From Squalus acanthias (taxonomy: Eukaryota): DNA of 64,000 nt. The stretch is from NCBI GenBank assembly GCA_030390025.1, contig CM059433.1, positions 25,608,001 through 25,672,000 of the forward strand. Reading direction: 5' to 3'. Position numbers and translations under genes: made by a program. The stretch's first letter is position 1. Every line of letters begins with the position of its first letter. Below are positions 37,105 to 50,900 of this stretch, piece after piece. The notes beneath the pieces were generated by a model, which saw only the letters and a program-made list of their open reading frames with translations, did no database searches and had not been told where the DNA came from.

Positions 37105-38296
37105 ATTAACGCAAGTGTTGCAGTGGATGAGCAGGGCGCTGAATAACTGCGGGAATATTGTAGTCACCGTCTTTACCGACTCGGGCTTAGTTATCATCTG
37201 CCACAGCCCACAAACGGCAGCAAGGGATTCAAGGTTGAATACTGTGGCGCTTTCTCACTGACAGGTTCTGCTCATTGCAAATGGTAACTGCTCTTTCAGT
37301 GTGTCCAGCAGCTCTCCCATTCTACTCATGGCACATTCTGTGTCCTCAGCCAGTGATCTCCACATGTCACTGATGTACTTGTCCAAAGGGCAGGGTAGTT
37401 GAGGAGACAGGCACAACAGTTGCTGTGTTGTGTGAGCCAGAATGGTAATACTACGCAGAACTGAAAGTTTCACCTGCTCATAAGGAATTGACTGCAATTG
37501 AAGCCTCAGCACGTCAATGATCTCCGAGGCCTGGTCCCCAAGTTCACTGCCTCGTCTATTAATGGTGGTTTGCATGAGAACAGTGGCTGCATTGGAATAG
37601 CTGGGGTGTTGGTCGGACAGTCCTTTGAAGACAATGAACAGTAAGTTGTCCAGCTGGTGACGGGGCAATCATTTGAAAATGACCTCTGTGATTTGAGAGC
37701 ATGATTGAAAGAGGACTGAAGTGTCAGGGTTAACTAACTGTTCTCTGACTCTTTTCAGTACCTCTAACAGCTCCGTTTGCTGAACCAGATTAGTGCCTTC
37801 ACACGACAAATGAATGGGCAGGATTATGTACAAAGTGTCCAGGGACATCTGTCAAACGAGAAGCGATGAGTCTGCACAACGTGGCATCAGTCATCCAATC
37901 AGAGTCCCCGTGTTAATTTCAGGCGCTACATTACTAAGATTGAGCTTCCTCCAGTAAAGTTTCAGAAGCTCTAAGGTCGTTTCATGGCTCTCTCTCGTTC
38001 ATAGTCTTTTGTTGAAATGATCTGGGCTTCTACATGATTGAAAATGGCCTCATGTCCTTGAGGGGACTGATCCTGAAGTAATATTTACTTCAGAAGATTT
38101 TGCAGCAAATCTGTGGTTTGGGTATAAAGTGTCGCCCATTCCTTTGTATTATCATTTGTGTCCAGGTCATTGTTCAGTTCTGGAGGTACCAAGCCGAAAG
38201 TACTGGTCAGGCAGGTTTGAATCAATTGGCAGTTATCAGCTTGGTTTGATTCAGTGCGTAGTTGCACGAGATGCGTGCAGGCGTTCATGGCTAACT

Positions 38297-38927
38297 GTCG
38301 AGAGAAGTGGTGGTGAGGTAGAGCTGGGTGTCATCAGTGTACATGTGGAAACTGAAGCTGTGTTTTCGGATGATGTCGCCAAGGGTCAACATGTCGATGA
38401 GAAATAGGAGGGGCCCCAGGATAGATCCCTGGGCGACACCAGAGGTAACGATGCGGGAGCGGGAAGAGAAGCCTATGCAGGTGATTCTCTGGCTACGATT
38501 AGATAGATAAGAATGGAACCAGGCGAGTCCAGTCCCACCCAGCCGGACGACAGTGGAGAGGCATTGGAGAAGGATGGAGTCGTCAACCATGTCAAAGGCT
38601 GCAGACAAGTCAAGGAGGACGAGGAGGGATAGTTTACCTTTGTCACAGTCACATAGGATGTCATTTATGATTTTGATAAGAGCCGTTTCAATACTGTGGG
38701 AGAGGTCGAAACCTGATCCAACAGGGAGTTCCGATAAAGATGGGCACGGATTTGGGAGGCGACAACACGTTCAAGGAATTTGGAGAGGAAAAGGACGTTG
38801 AGATGGGATGGTCCTCGGCAAGGACAGAGGGGTCAAGGGTTGGTTTTTGAGGAAATGGATGATGACAGCAGATTTGAAAGAGAGAGAACCACTAACAATA
38901 TTAGCTAACATGGGAGCCAGAAGAGGG
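38297..38927 (-). mobile_element. L2 LINE remnant, unit 4 (3' part removed by the type-B deletion)
   Basis: SAAFDMVDDSILL...GVAQGSILGPLLF...YTDDTQLY. Confidence 0.88.
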
Positions 38928-39144
38928 TGTGTGTGTGTGTGTGTGTGTGTGTGCGCATGTGTGTGAGAGGTTGAGGGTGTGTGAGGTTGTGTGTGTGTGG
39001 GGGAGAGGGTGAGGGTGTGTGAGGTTGTGTGTGTGTGTATCTGTGTGAGAGGGTGAGGGTGTGTGAGGTTGTGTGTGTGTGAGAGGATGAGGGTGTGTGA
39101 GGTTGTGTGTGTGTGTGTGTGTGAGAGTCTGAGGGTGTGTGAGG

Positions 39145-39175
<31 letters not shown>

Positions 39176-39318
39176 AGAGGGTGAGGGTGTGTAAGGTTGT
39201 ATGTGTGTGTGTACGTGTGAGGGTGTGTGTGTGAGTACGTTTACCCACCCCCCGTCACACAGCAGCGGTACCTGCACTGTTTGAAGATCGACCGATAGTT
39301 GCAACAACAGGAAATCTA

Positions 39319-42300
39319 TTTATTTACAATTCATGAATTTACAAGTCATGTTGAAAAATTGATCAAATTGATGCTAAGAAGAGGAGGTGGAGAATGATCG
39401 GGGCCTGTGTGTTTAGGCTTCATTCTGATGGCGATAGCAGCAGTTACTTAGGCAGCTGTTCCACCAGGTGAGCCTCTGGGCAGGTCACACACGTTCTGAC
39501 TGTTGGAGAAGTAAAGTTGAAAAGGCCGCTGCATGTGCTCGGAGCTGCTCCTGGGGGTTGTGGAAGAAGGACTCGCAATCCATGGCGTAGGAAGTGATCC
39601 TGTTGGGGAAATCTGGAACAAACTGTCATGAAAGGTCCTTTAGAGGTCAATGTAGTTCCCGTTGGGCTCCCCTAGATGGTTTTGATTAATGATGAAGCCT
39701 CGGCCGATCCAATGAGGGGGACAACCAGTTGCAGTGTTGAGCTACAAGACCTGGTGACCTCCTCACTCGTTCCGTCCAGGTGCAACAACAAACGCAGAAG
39801 GTTGGAATGGATCTGTCAGTAGAAGGAGGATCTGGAACCTCCGATTCCACATTTGGTCAAGTTTCCCAACATGCTGAACGGTTCAGCCCGCACTTGATCA
39901 CACTCGCCGTCGAAGAGCGGTTGAATGCTGGCGAGGATTTTCTTTACAAAGGGTTGGATGGTACTTGCTCTCTATTTAATGATGTTCTTCGACAGGCACG
40001 ACAGCACCTCAAATGTTAGCACTTCCTCTTGGTTCTCCTTGGTCCCCAACAGACTAAGCATTGTGCTCATCACTTGAGGAGACCAGTAATGGGCTCCAAT
40101 TGAAACGTTGCCAAGGTCCCTGACACACAGCAACTGGGCAACTGGACAAGAATCATGCAAACACCTTTGCAATGTGCTCATTAGAGTGTCTGTGAGCTGC
40201 AACCATGAAACTAGTGGAGAGTTTAACAGCTCTCCAAAGAAGGAAGCCACGGTGACTGCCTGACAGTCTTGGATGGTATGGATCTGAGCTGCCAGCTCTT
40301 CCACAATGCCAGGCAGGCTGATGCCAGCATATTGAACATTAGTGAACCAGATGGGTGACCACCGCACAGTCATTGTGGGACGAAGTCCCGTATTCACACT
40401 GAGGACACATTCCATCGTGCTGTGTGGCACTACCACCGTGCTAAATGGGATAGATTCAGAACAGATCTAGCAGCTGAAAACTGGGTATCCGTGAGGTGCT
40501 GTGGGCCATCAGCAGCAGTAGAATTGTATTCCATCACAATCTGTAACCTCATGGCCCGGCAGATCCCTCACTCTACCATTACCATGAAGCCAGGAGACCA
40601 ACCCTGGTTCAATAAGGAGTGTAGAAGAGCACGCTAGGAGCAGCACCAGGCGTACCTAAAAATGAGGTGCCAACCTGGAGAAGCTGCAACACAGGACTAC
40701 ATGCATGCTAAAAAGCAGAAGCAGCATGCTATAGACAGGGCTAAGCGATCCCACAATCAACGGATCAGATCAAAGCTCTGCAGTCCTGCCACATCCAGTC
40801 GTGAATGGTGGTGGACCATTAAAAACTAACGGGAGGAGGAGGCTCCAGGAATATCCCCATCCTCAATGATGGTGGAGCCCACCACGTGAGTGCAAAAGAG
40901 AATGCTGAAGGGTTTGCAACCATCTTTAGCCAGAAGTGCCGAGTGGATGATCCATATCAGCCTACTCCTGAGGTCCCCACCATCACAGAAGCCAGTCTTC
41001 AGCCAATTCGATTCACTCCACGTGATATCAAGAAACGGCTGAGCGCACTGGATACAGCAAAGACTATGGGCCCCGACAACATTCCAGCTATCGTGCTGAA
41101 GACTTGTGCTCCAGAACAAGCCGTGCCTCTAGCCAAGCTGTTCCAGTACAGCTACAATACTAGCATCTATCCGACAATGTGGAAAACTGCCCAGGTACGT
41201 CCTGTCCACAAAAAATGGACAAATCCAATCCGGCCAATTATCGCCCCTTCAGTCTACTCTCAATCATCAGCAAATAGATGGAATGTGTCATCAACTGTGC
41301 TATCAAGCGGCAATTACTCACCAATAACCTGCTCACTGATGCCCAGTTTGGGTTCCGCAAGACCACTCGGCTCCCGAACTCATTGCAGTATTGGTCCAAA
41401 CATGGACAAAGGAGCTGAATTCCAGAGGTGAGGTGACAGTGACTACCCTAAACATCAAGGCAGCATTTGACTGAGTGTGGCATCAAGGAGCCCTAGCAAA
41501 ACTGAAGTCAATGGGAATCGGGGGGAAAACTCTACACTGGCTGGAGTCTTATCTAGCACAAAGGAAGGTGGTTGTGGTGGTTGAAGGTCAATCATCACAG
41601 CCCCAGGACATCGCTGCAGGAGTTCCTCAGCACAGTGTCCTAGGCTCAACCATCTTCAGCTGCTTCATCAATGACCTTCCCTCCAACATAAGGTCAGAAA
41701 TGGGGATGTTCGCTGATGACTGCACAATGATCAGTGCCATTCACAACTCCTCAGATAATGAAGCAGTCCAAGCCCGCATGCAACAAGACCTGGACGACAC
41801 ACCATCCTGACTTGGAAGTATATCGCCGATCCTTCCCAACAGCACTGTGGGAGTAACTTCACCACACGGACTGCAGCGGTTCAAGAAGGCAGCTCACCAC
41901 CACCTTCTCAAGGGCAATTAGGGATGGACAATAAATACTGGCCTTGCCAGTGACACCCACATCCCATAAATGAATAAAAATTTAAAAAATTGCACCATTG
42001 CTCTGGCCAGCAATTCAACCCCCTTTTCAAATATGCGGAGGTTCTTCATCTGGTCCCGTCCTCCACTGTTCACCATGTAAGTAGCTACTTCTTTATTATT
42101 TGTCCAAGCTAGCGGCTCCTTTAGTGTCCTCACACGGATCACACACACATCTCTACATTTAGGTGTTTGAAGCTCAGCTGAGAATTGTCTCTGGTTCAAT
42201 TTATCATCAGGAACAAAACCATTGAGCAGAGAAACATTAACGCAAGAGTTGCAATGAATGAGCAGGGCGCTGAATAACTGCGGGAATAATGTAGTCCCCG

Positions 42301-45175
42301 TCTTTACCGACTCGGACTTAGTTATCATCTGCCACAGCCCACAAACAGCAGCCAGGGATTCAAGGTTGAATACTGTGGCGCTTTCTCACTGACAGGTTCT
42401 GCTCATTGCAAATGGTAACTGCTTTTTCAGTGTGTCCAGCAGCTCTCCCATTGTACTCATGGCACATTCTGTGTCCTCAGCCAGTGATCTCCACATGTCA
42501 CTGATGTACTTGTCCAAAGGGACAGGGTAGTTGAGGAGACAGGCACAACAGTTGCTGTGTTGTGAGCCAGAATGGCGATACTACACAGAGCTGAAAGTTT
42601 CACCTGCTCATAAGGAATTGACTGCAATTGAAGCCTCAGCACGTCAATGATCTCCGAGGCCTGGTCCCCAAGTTCACTGCCTCGTCTATTAATGGTGGTT
42701 TGCATGAGAACAGCGGCTGCATTGGAATAGCTGGGGTGTTGGTCGGACAGTCCTTTGAAGACCATGAAGTGTAAGTTGTCCAGCTGGTCACAGGGCAATC
42801 ATTTGAAAATGACTTCTGTGATTTGAGAGCATGATTGAAAGAGGACTGAAGTGTCAGGGTTAACTAACTGCTCTCTGACTCTTTTCAGTCCCTCTAACCG
42901 CTCCGTTTGCTGAACCAGATTGGTGCCTTCACACGACAAATGAATGGCCAGGATTATGTACAAAGTGTCCAGGGACATCTGTCAAACGGGAAGCGATGGG
43001 TCTGCACAACGCGGCATCAGTCATCCAATCAGAGTCCCCGTGTTAATTTCAGGCGCTACATTACTAAGATTGAGCTTCCTCCAGTCAAGTTTCAGAAGCT
43101 CTAAGGTCGTTTCCATGGCTCTCTCTCGTTCATAGTCTTTTGTTGAAATGATCCGGGCTTCTACATGATTGAAAATGGCCTCAAGTCCTTGAGGGGACAG
43201 GTCCTGAAATAATATTTGCTTCAGAAGATTTTGCAGCAAATCTGTGATTTGGGTATAAAGTGTCGCTCATTCCTTTGTATTATCATTTGTGTCCAGGTCA
43301 TTGTTCAGTTCTGGAGGTACCAAGCCGAAAGTACTGGTCAGGCAGCTTTGAATCAATTGGCAGGTGTCAGCTTGGTTTGTTTCAGTGCGTAGTTGCACGA
43401 GATGCGTGCAGGCGTTCATGACTAACTGTCGAACAGGGCTCGGCCTCGATAAGATCCTGCATGTATGTAAGCAGCACCCTGTTTCTGATAAATTGATGGG
43501 AATTTTCCAGAGATTTAAGTATAGGGATCTGGCTATCTGAGTCACAGTCTGTATTAGGCTGAGCTTTAGAGTGAGATCCCTGGATTCAGCCTTTATCCCC
43601 TGCCTACTTGTAATTAAATGACTAACAGCTGGCAGAATGTGGCTCTCGATGTTGAACAGCAGTTCCTCAGGTGCACAGCATGCCTTGTTCCCTTCACACA
43701 GAACCAGTGTGCTCTTGACTTTATCAGATTCCTCCTTGAGCCTAAATCTGTCGGAGTTAGCAAACTCCTCCAGGCTACTGAGCGTATCATCAAAATATGC
43801 CTTGCCACAGAAACCAATGATGAGGGCTGCTCACTCTCTCTCCGCACTCTCACTGTGCTGCACACTCAGTAGCATTTGGTGAAGCTCCTCCCTTACGTTT
43901 TTAGTGTGGGTCTGGCAGAGCACTGACGCAAGAGATTTATATAGAAATCCCTTCTCTTGTGGGGAATGATGGTTAGTGTTGATCTGTTTTGATATTTCAT
44001 TAGCAAGCTGACATGTCCATTCCTCGTCATCAATCGTATTTAAAGCTAGGCACAAGACAGCCAATAATTTGTTCTCCCATTTCAACTGGGACAGAGACTC
44101 ATCTGAATTTTCCAGTAAATGGTCAACTAATGGTGCAAGCTCCTCTTCCCACCACCTCACTGATTCTGGGAGGATATTGAGACTCAGGACTTTCAGCACA
44201 CTCAGTGCTGCAGCTCCTCGGCCTCCTCCCTGATACAGGCAACAAGTCACAATGAGGAACCGGGTTAGCAGTGCCTGGGCTTTAGGGAGATTGGCATCTT
44301 CATTGTAAGTAAGGGAAAAACCTTCACTACCGGCTCGCAGCTTCTTTTTCCCAATATGTGCTGAATAACTGCAGATTATTGTTAAATCCTTGGTGTTCTG
44401 GGTCACAGTGACAAACTCCAGTAAGGATGGCCAAAGGACATCCTCCATCTTCACTGCAGTTGTGATCAAACACATCACTCTTTCACATAGTATGACTAAT
44501 TCTTCATCTGTTACTGGGTCTGGCTGTTGATTGGGTGGTACCAGGGTCCCTGAACCAACTGGTACAGCACACTGTTGGATGAGGAATTACACCTTTGCCA
44601 ATCCTCCCTCTGGCTCAAGGTAACCTTGCTGGGCCATGACACATATTACCTGGGCAATTAGCTTCTTCTCCTGATTGCTACTCTTGTCTAGAAGTACTGG
44701 TTTTATTGCAGCCACAACCTGAGCCTTCTTCCTCTCCAAGTGCGATGAGACCGATGTGATGAAGTGCTTTCGTACAGTGAGTGTTCCTACTCTCATTTGT
44801 TGGTCAGCGTTCTCTAACTGAGATAAGAAAAATTCCACCATTTTGTCTGCATAAGCTGGGGCCAGAACTCTGAAACAGCGAAGGATCTCAGTCTGGTTCT
44901 TCACAGCAAGATCATCAGTAGACTCCAGCGAAACACAAATCTGCTGGTGGAGCTTATTAAGCAGGATGTCCATTTGTGTTTTTAGCCCGAGACACTTTAT
45001 CTCTGTCACAACATCCATCTCTTGCAGAAATGCAGTTTGTACCACTTTGCTGTATTTTGTCCACCCCTGGGTTTCTGTGTTGTCATGGTTTTCATTGTGA
45101 GGCAGGGTTAAATAACCTCTCAGTTGTGATGAGGTCATGGGTCATGTGCCCATATAAGTCCTGCCAGATGTTTGT
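39319..45175 (-). pseudogene. MROH1: Intronless MROH1-like pseudogene, unit 5
   Basis: ORFs 44587-45138, 43831-44478, 43267-43545, 43021-43239, 42457-42798, 41918-42328 and 39972-40335. Confidence 0.9.
40335..41989 (+). mobile_element. CR1/L2-group LINE, type A, unit 5
   Basis: Same junctions and deletion as units 2 and 3. Confidence 0.9.
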
Positions 45176-46096
45176 GGCAGTTTAAGGTGGGTGGTGGGGG
45201 TTAAGGCCCAGACCTGAGATACAGACCATACGGACAAGGCAACATTCGCAACCCTTGGCAGCCATATTGGATTGAGCAGCTGTTTGTTCCTAATAAAGAA
45301 CTCACAGCACCATAGACACTCAGAGTACTTGTGACAAAAGATGTAGAAATGGGAGTGTAGGACAGACCTTTCCAGCAGAATTGCCCCAAATTGGGAGGTT
45401 CATTGTCAGGGATTGAAGCTGCTTAATGATGTCATCAGGAAGTTGCTGTGACATCAGAGCGGTCCGGTGTGACATCAGAGCGGTCCATTGTGACATTTGT
45501 TCCACTCGTCTCTCCTTTAAATCCTTGTTGTCTATTGCCTACCACCCCAGATTTCTCACCCACAAATCCTCCCTGTTTTCCTCCTTCAGCCTCTGCACTC
45601 AGTGACTCCTCATCCTCGGTCATTTCAATCTCCATCTCAACTCCCCTTATCCTTTCTCCTCCGATTTTACTGCCCTCCTGTTGTCCCTTAAACACTGCTA
45701 CCCATCACGTCCACCCCTCTACTTTGCCATCTCTCCTGGCCTCACTACTTGCATGGTCTCAATCACTGACAAGGCCATGTCTGACCATTGATTTTATCAA
45801 CCGTAACCCCCCCATCACCTTCCAACCTTATTTTCATCTGCGTACACACCTGCAAAAAACCCTCTACAGGAAGATACGTACATTAGGAACAGAAAGAGGC
45901 CATTCAGCCCCTTGGGTGTGCTCCGCCATTCAATTAGATCATGGCTGATCTGTACCTCAACTCCATTTACCCAACTTTACTCGATATGCCTTCATAACCT
46001 TACCTAAGAAAAATCTGATTTCACTGATCAATGATTCATGTCACAGCATTATGTAGCACCTATTCAGATAGAGGTCTGCACCTCTCGACTCGCTCA

Positions 46097-47670
46097 GCAA
46101 CAACAACTACTAATATTAATATAGCGTCTTTAAAGTAGTAAAATGTCCCAAAGTGCTTCACAGGAGTTTTATAACACAATATTTGACACCGAGGCACATA
46201 GGGTGAAATTAAGGTGAAATTAGGGCAGATGACCAAAAGCTTGGTTAAAGAGGTAGGTTTTAAAGAGCGTCTTAATGGAAGAAAGAGATGTAGAGAGGTG
46301 GAGAGGTTTAGGCAGGGAATTCCAGAGCTTGTGGCCTTGGCAGCTGAAGGCATAGCCACCAGTGGTTGAGCTATTAAATTTAGGGATGCTCTAGAATCCA
46401 GATTTAGGGGAGTGCAGATATCTCGGGGTCGGGGGGGTGGGCGGGCGGCGTGATTGTGGGGCTGGAGGAGATTACAGAGATAGGGAAGGGTGAGGCCATT
46501 CGAGGGATTTGAAAACGAGGAGAATTTTAAAATCAAGGCGTTGCTTAACCGGGAGCCAATGTAGTTCAGCGAGCACAGGGGTGATAGGTGAATGGGACTT
46601 GGTGCGAGTTAGGACACAGGCAGCTGAGTTTTGGATGATCTCAAGTTTACATAGGGTAGAACGTTGGAGGCTAGCCATGAGTGCATTGGAATAGTCAAGT
46701 CTAGAGGTAACAAAGAAATGGATGAGGATTTCAGCAACAGATGAGCTGAGACAGGGGCGGAGTTGGGTGATGTTACGGAGGTGGAAATAGGCGGTCTGAG
46801 TGATAGCGCGGATATGTGGCCGAAAGCTCATTTCTGGGTCCAATATGGCACCAAGGTTGCGAAGAGTCTGGATCAGCCTCAGACAGATGCTATGGAGAGG
46901 GATGGAGTCAATGACTAAGGAACAGAGTTTGTGGTGGGATCTGATGACAATGGCTTTGGTCTTCCCAATATTTAGTTGGAGGAAATTTCTGCTCATCCAG
47001 CACTGGATGCAGTCTGACAATTTAGAGACCGTGGAGGGGTCGAGAGAAGTGGTGGTGAGGTAGAGCTGGGTGACGTCAGCTTACATGTGGAAACTGAAGC
47101 TGTGTTTTCAGATGATGTCGCCGAGGGGCAACATGTCGATGAGAAATAGGAGGGGCCCCAGGATAGATCCCTGGGCGACACCAGAGGTAACGATGCGGGA
47201 GTGGGAAGAGAAGCCGTTGCAGGTGATTCTCTGGCTACGATTAGATAGATAAGAATGGAACCAGGCGCGTGCAGTCCCACCCAGCTGTACGACGGTGGAG
47301 AGGCATTGGAGGAGGATGGAGTGGTCAACCATGTCAAAGGCTGCAGACAAGTCAAGAAGGACGAGGAGGGTTAGTTTACCTTTGTCACAGTCACATACGA
47401 TGTCATTTATGATTTTGATAAGAGCCGTTTCAATACTGTGGAAGGGGCGGAAACCTGATCCAAACTTGGAGTTCCGATAAAGATGGGCACGGATTGGGGA
47501 TGCGACAACACGTTCAAGGAATTTGGAGAGGAAAAGGACGTTGAGATGGGATGGTACTCGGCAAGGACTGAGGGGACAAGGGATGGTTTTTGAGGAAATT
47601 GATGATGACAGCAGATTTGAAAGAGAGAGAACCATTAACAATATTAGCTAACATGGGAGCCAGAAGAGGG
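46097..47670 (-). mobile_element. 5'-truncated L2 LINE, unit 5
   Basis: GSGFRPFHSIETALIKI, LLDLSAAFDMVDH and NFLQLNIGKTK. Confidence 0.9.
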
Positions 47671-47977
47671 TGTGTGTGTGTGTTCGGGCGAGGGTATGTG
47701 TGTGTGGGTGTGTGTATGTGTGTGTGATCATGAGGGTGTGTGTGTCTGAGAGACTGAGGGTGTGTGAAGTTGTGTGTGTGTGTGAGAGGGTGTGTGTGTG
47801 TGTCTGTGTGCGAGGGTGAGGTTGTGTGTGTGTGTGTGAGAGGGTGAGGGGGTGTGAGGATGTGTGTGTGTACAGGTGAGGGTGTGTGTGTGAGTACGTT
47901 TAACCACCCCCAGTCACACAGCAGCGGTACCTGCACTGTTTGAAGATCGACCGATAGTTGCAACAACAGGAAATCTA

Positions 47978-50900
47978 TTTATTTACAATTCATAAATTTA
48001 CAAATTTACAAGTCATGTTGAAAAATTGATCAGTTTGATGCTAAGAAGAGGAGGTGGAGAACGATCGAGGCCTGTGTGTTTAGGCTTCATTCTGATGGCG
48101 ACAGCAGCAGTTCCTTAGGCAGCTGATCCACCAGGGGAGTCTCTGGGCAGGTCACACACGTTCTGACTGTTGGAGAAGTAAAGTTGCAAAGGCCGCTGCA
48201 TGTGCTCGGAGCTGCTCCTGGGGATTGTGGAAGAAGGACTCGCAATCCATGGTGTAGGAAGTGATCCTGTTGGGGAAATCTTGAACCAACTGTCATGAAA
48301 GGTCCTTTAGGAGGTCCATGTAGTTCCCGTTGGGCTCCCCTAGATGGTTCTTGATTAATGAGGAAACCTCGGCCGATCCAATGAGGGGGACAACCAGTTG
48401 CAGTGTTGAGCTACAAGACCTGGTGATCTCCTCACTCGTTCCGTCCAGGTGCAACAACAAACGCACAAGGTTGGAATGGATCTGTCAGTAGAAGGAGGAT
48501 CTGGAACCTCCGATTCCACATTTGGTCAAGTTCCCCAACATGCTGAACAGTTCAGCCCGCACTTAATCACACTCACCGTTGAAGAGTGGTTGAATGCTGG
48601 CGAGGATTTTCTTCACAAAGGGTTGGATGGCACTTGCTCTCTATTTAATGATGTTCTTCGACAGGCACGACAGCACCTCAAATGTTAGCACTTCTCTTGG
48701 TTCTCCTTGGTCCCCAACAGACTAAGCATTGTGCTCATCACTTGAGGAGACCAGTAATGGGCTCCAATTGAAACTTTGCCAAGGTCCCTGACACACAGCA
48801 ACTGGGCAACTGGACAAGCATCACGCAAACACCTTAGCAATGTGCTCACCAGAGTGTCTGTGAGCTGCAACCGTGAAACCAGTGGAGATTTTAACAGCTC
48901 TCCAAAGAAGGAAGCCACGGTGACTGCCTGACAGTCTTGGATGGTATGGATCTGAGCTGCCAGCTCTTCCACAATGCCAGGCAGGCTGATGCCAACATAT
49001 TGAACATTAGTGAACCAGATGGGTGACCACCGCACAGTCATTGTGGAGACGAAGTCCTGTCTTCACACTGAGGACACATTCCATCGTGCTGTGTGGCCCT
49101 ACCACCGTGCTAAATGGGATAGATTCAGAACAGATCTAGCAGCTGAAAACTGGGCATCTGTGAGGTGCTGTGGGCCATCAGCAGCAGTAGAATTGTATTC
49201 CATCACAATCTGTAACCTCATGGCCCGGCATATCCCTCACTCTACCATTACCATCAAGCCAGGAGACCAACCCTGGTTCAATAAGGAGTGTAGAAGAGCA
49301 TGCCAGAAGCACCACCAGGCGTACCTAAAAATGAGGAGCCAACCTGGAGAAGCTGCAACACAGGGCTACATGCATGCTAAAAAGCGGAAGCAGCATGCTG
49401 TAGACAACGATCCCACAATCAACGATCAGATCAAAGCTCTGCAGTCCTGCCACATCCAGTCGTGAATGGTGGTGGACCATTAAAAACTAACGGGAGGAGG
49501 AGGCTCCATGAATATCCCCATCCTCAATGATGGTGGAGCCCAGCACGTGAGTGCAAAAGACAAGGCTGAAGCGTTTGCAACCATCTTCAGCCAGAAGTGC
49601 CGAGTGGATGATCCATATCAGCCTACTCCTGAGGTCCCCACCATCACAGAAGCCAGTCTTCAGCCAATTCGATTCACTCCACGTGATATCAAGAAACGGC
49701 TGAGCGCACTGGATACAGCAAAGGCTATGGGCCCCGACAACATTCCAGCTATCGTGCTGAAGACTTGTGCTCCAGAACAAGCCGCGCCTCTAGCCAAGCT
49801 GTTCCAGTACAGCTACAATACTAGCATCCAGCCGACAATGTGGAAAACTGCCCAGGTATGTCCTGTCCACAAAAAGATGGACAAATCCAATCCAGCCAAT
49901 TATCGCCCCATCAGTCTACTCTCAATCATCAGCAAATAGATGGAAGGTGTCATCGACAGTGCTATCAAGCAGCAATTACTCACCAATAACCTGCTCACTG
50001 ATGCCCAGTTTGGGTTCCGCAAGACCACTCGGCTCCCGACCTCATTACAGTATTGGTCCAAACATGGACAAAGGAGCTGAATTCCAGAGGTGAGGTGAGA
50101 GTGACTACCCTTGACATCAAGGCAGCATTTGACTGAGTGTGGCATCAAGGAGCCCTAGTAAAACTGAAGTCAATGGGAATCGGGGGGAAAACTCTCCACT
50201 GGCTGAAGTCTTACCTAGCACAAAGGAAGGTGGTTGTGGTGATTGAAGGTCAATCATCACAGCCCCAGGACATCGCTGCAGGAGTTCCTCAGGGCAGTGT
50301 CCTAGGCTCAACCATCTTCAGCTGCTTCATCAATGACCTTCCCTCCAACATAAGGTCAGAAATGGGGATGTTCGCTGATGACTGCACAATGATCAGTGCC
50401 ATTCACAACTCCTCAGATAATGAAGCAGTCCAAGCCCGCATGCAACAAGACCTGGACGACACACCATCCTGACTTGGAAGTATATCGCCGATCCTTCCCA
50501 ACAGCACTGTGGGAGTAACTTCACCACACGGACTGCAGCGGTTCAAGAAGGCAGCTCACCACCACCTTCTCAAAGGGCAATTAGGGATGGACAATAAATA
50601 CTGGCCTTGCCAGTGACACCCACATCCCATAAATGAATTTTTTTTTAAATTGCACCATTGCTCTGGCCAGCATTTCAACCCCCTTGTCAAATATGCGGAG
50701 GTTCTTCATCTGGTCCCATCCTCCACTGTTCACCATGTAAGTAGCTACTTCTTTATTATTTGTCCAAGCTAGCGGTCCTTTCGTGTCCTCACACGGTTCA
50801 CACACACATCTCTACATTTAGGTGTTTGAAGCTCAGCTGAGAATTGTCTCTTGTTCGATTTATCATCAGGAGCAAAACCATTGAGCAGAGAAACATTAAC

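Larger units (their letters stand above)
31738..38301 (-). pseudogene. MROH1: MROH1-like pseudogene, unit 4 (type B: 5' half deleted; LINE, LTR and MITE insertions)
   Basis: ORFs 38085-38288, 37255-37668 and 35998-36249. Homology stops at the gtcga junction (38297-38301) with L2. Confidence 0.88.
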
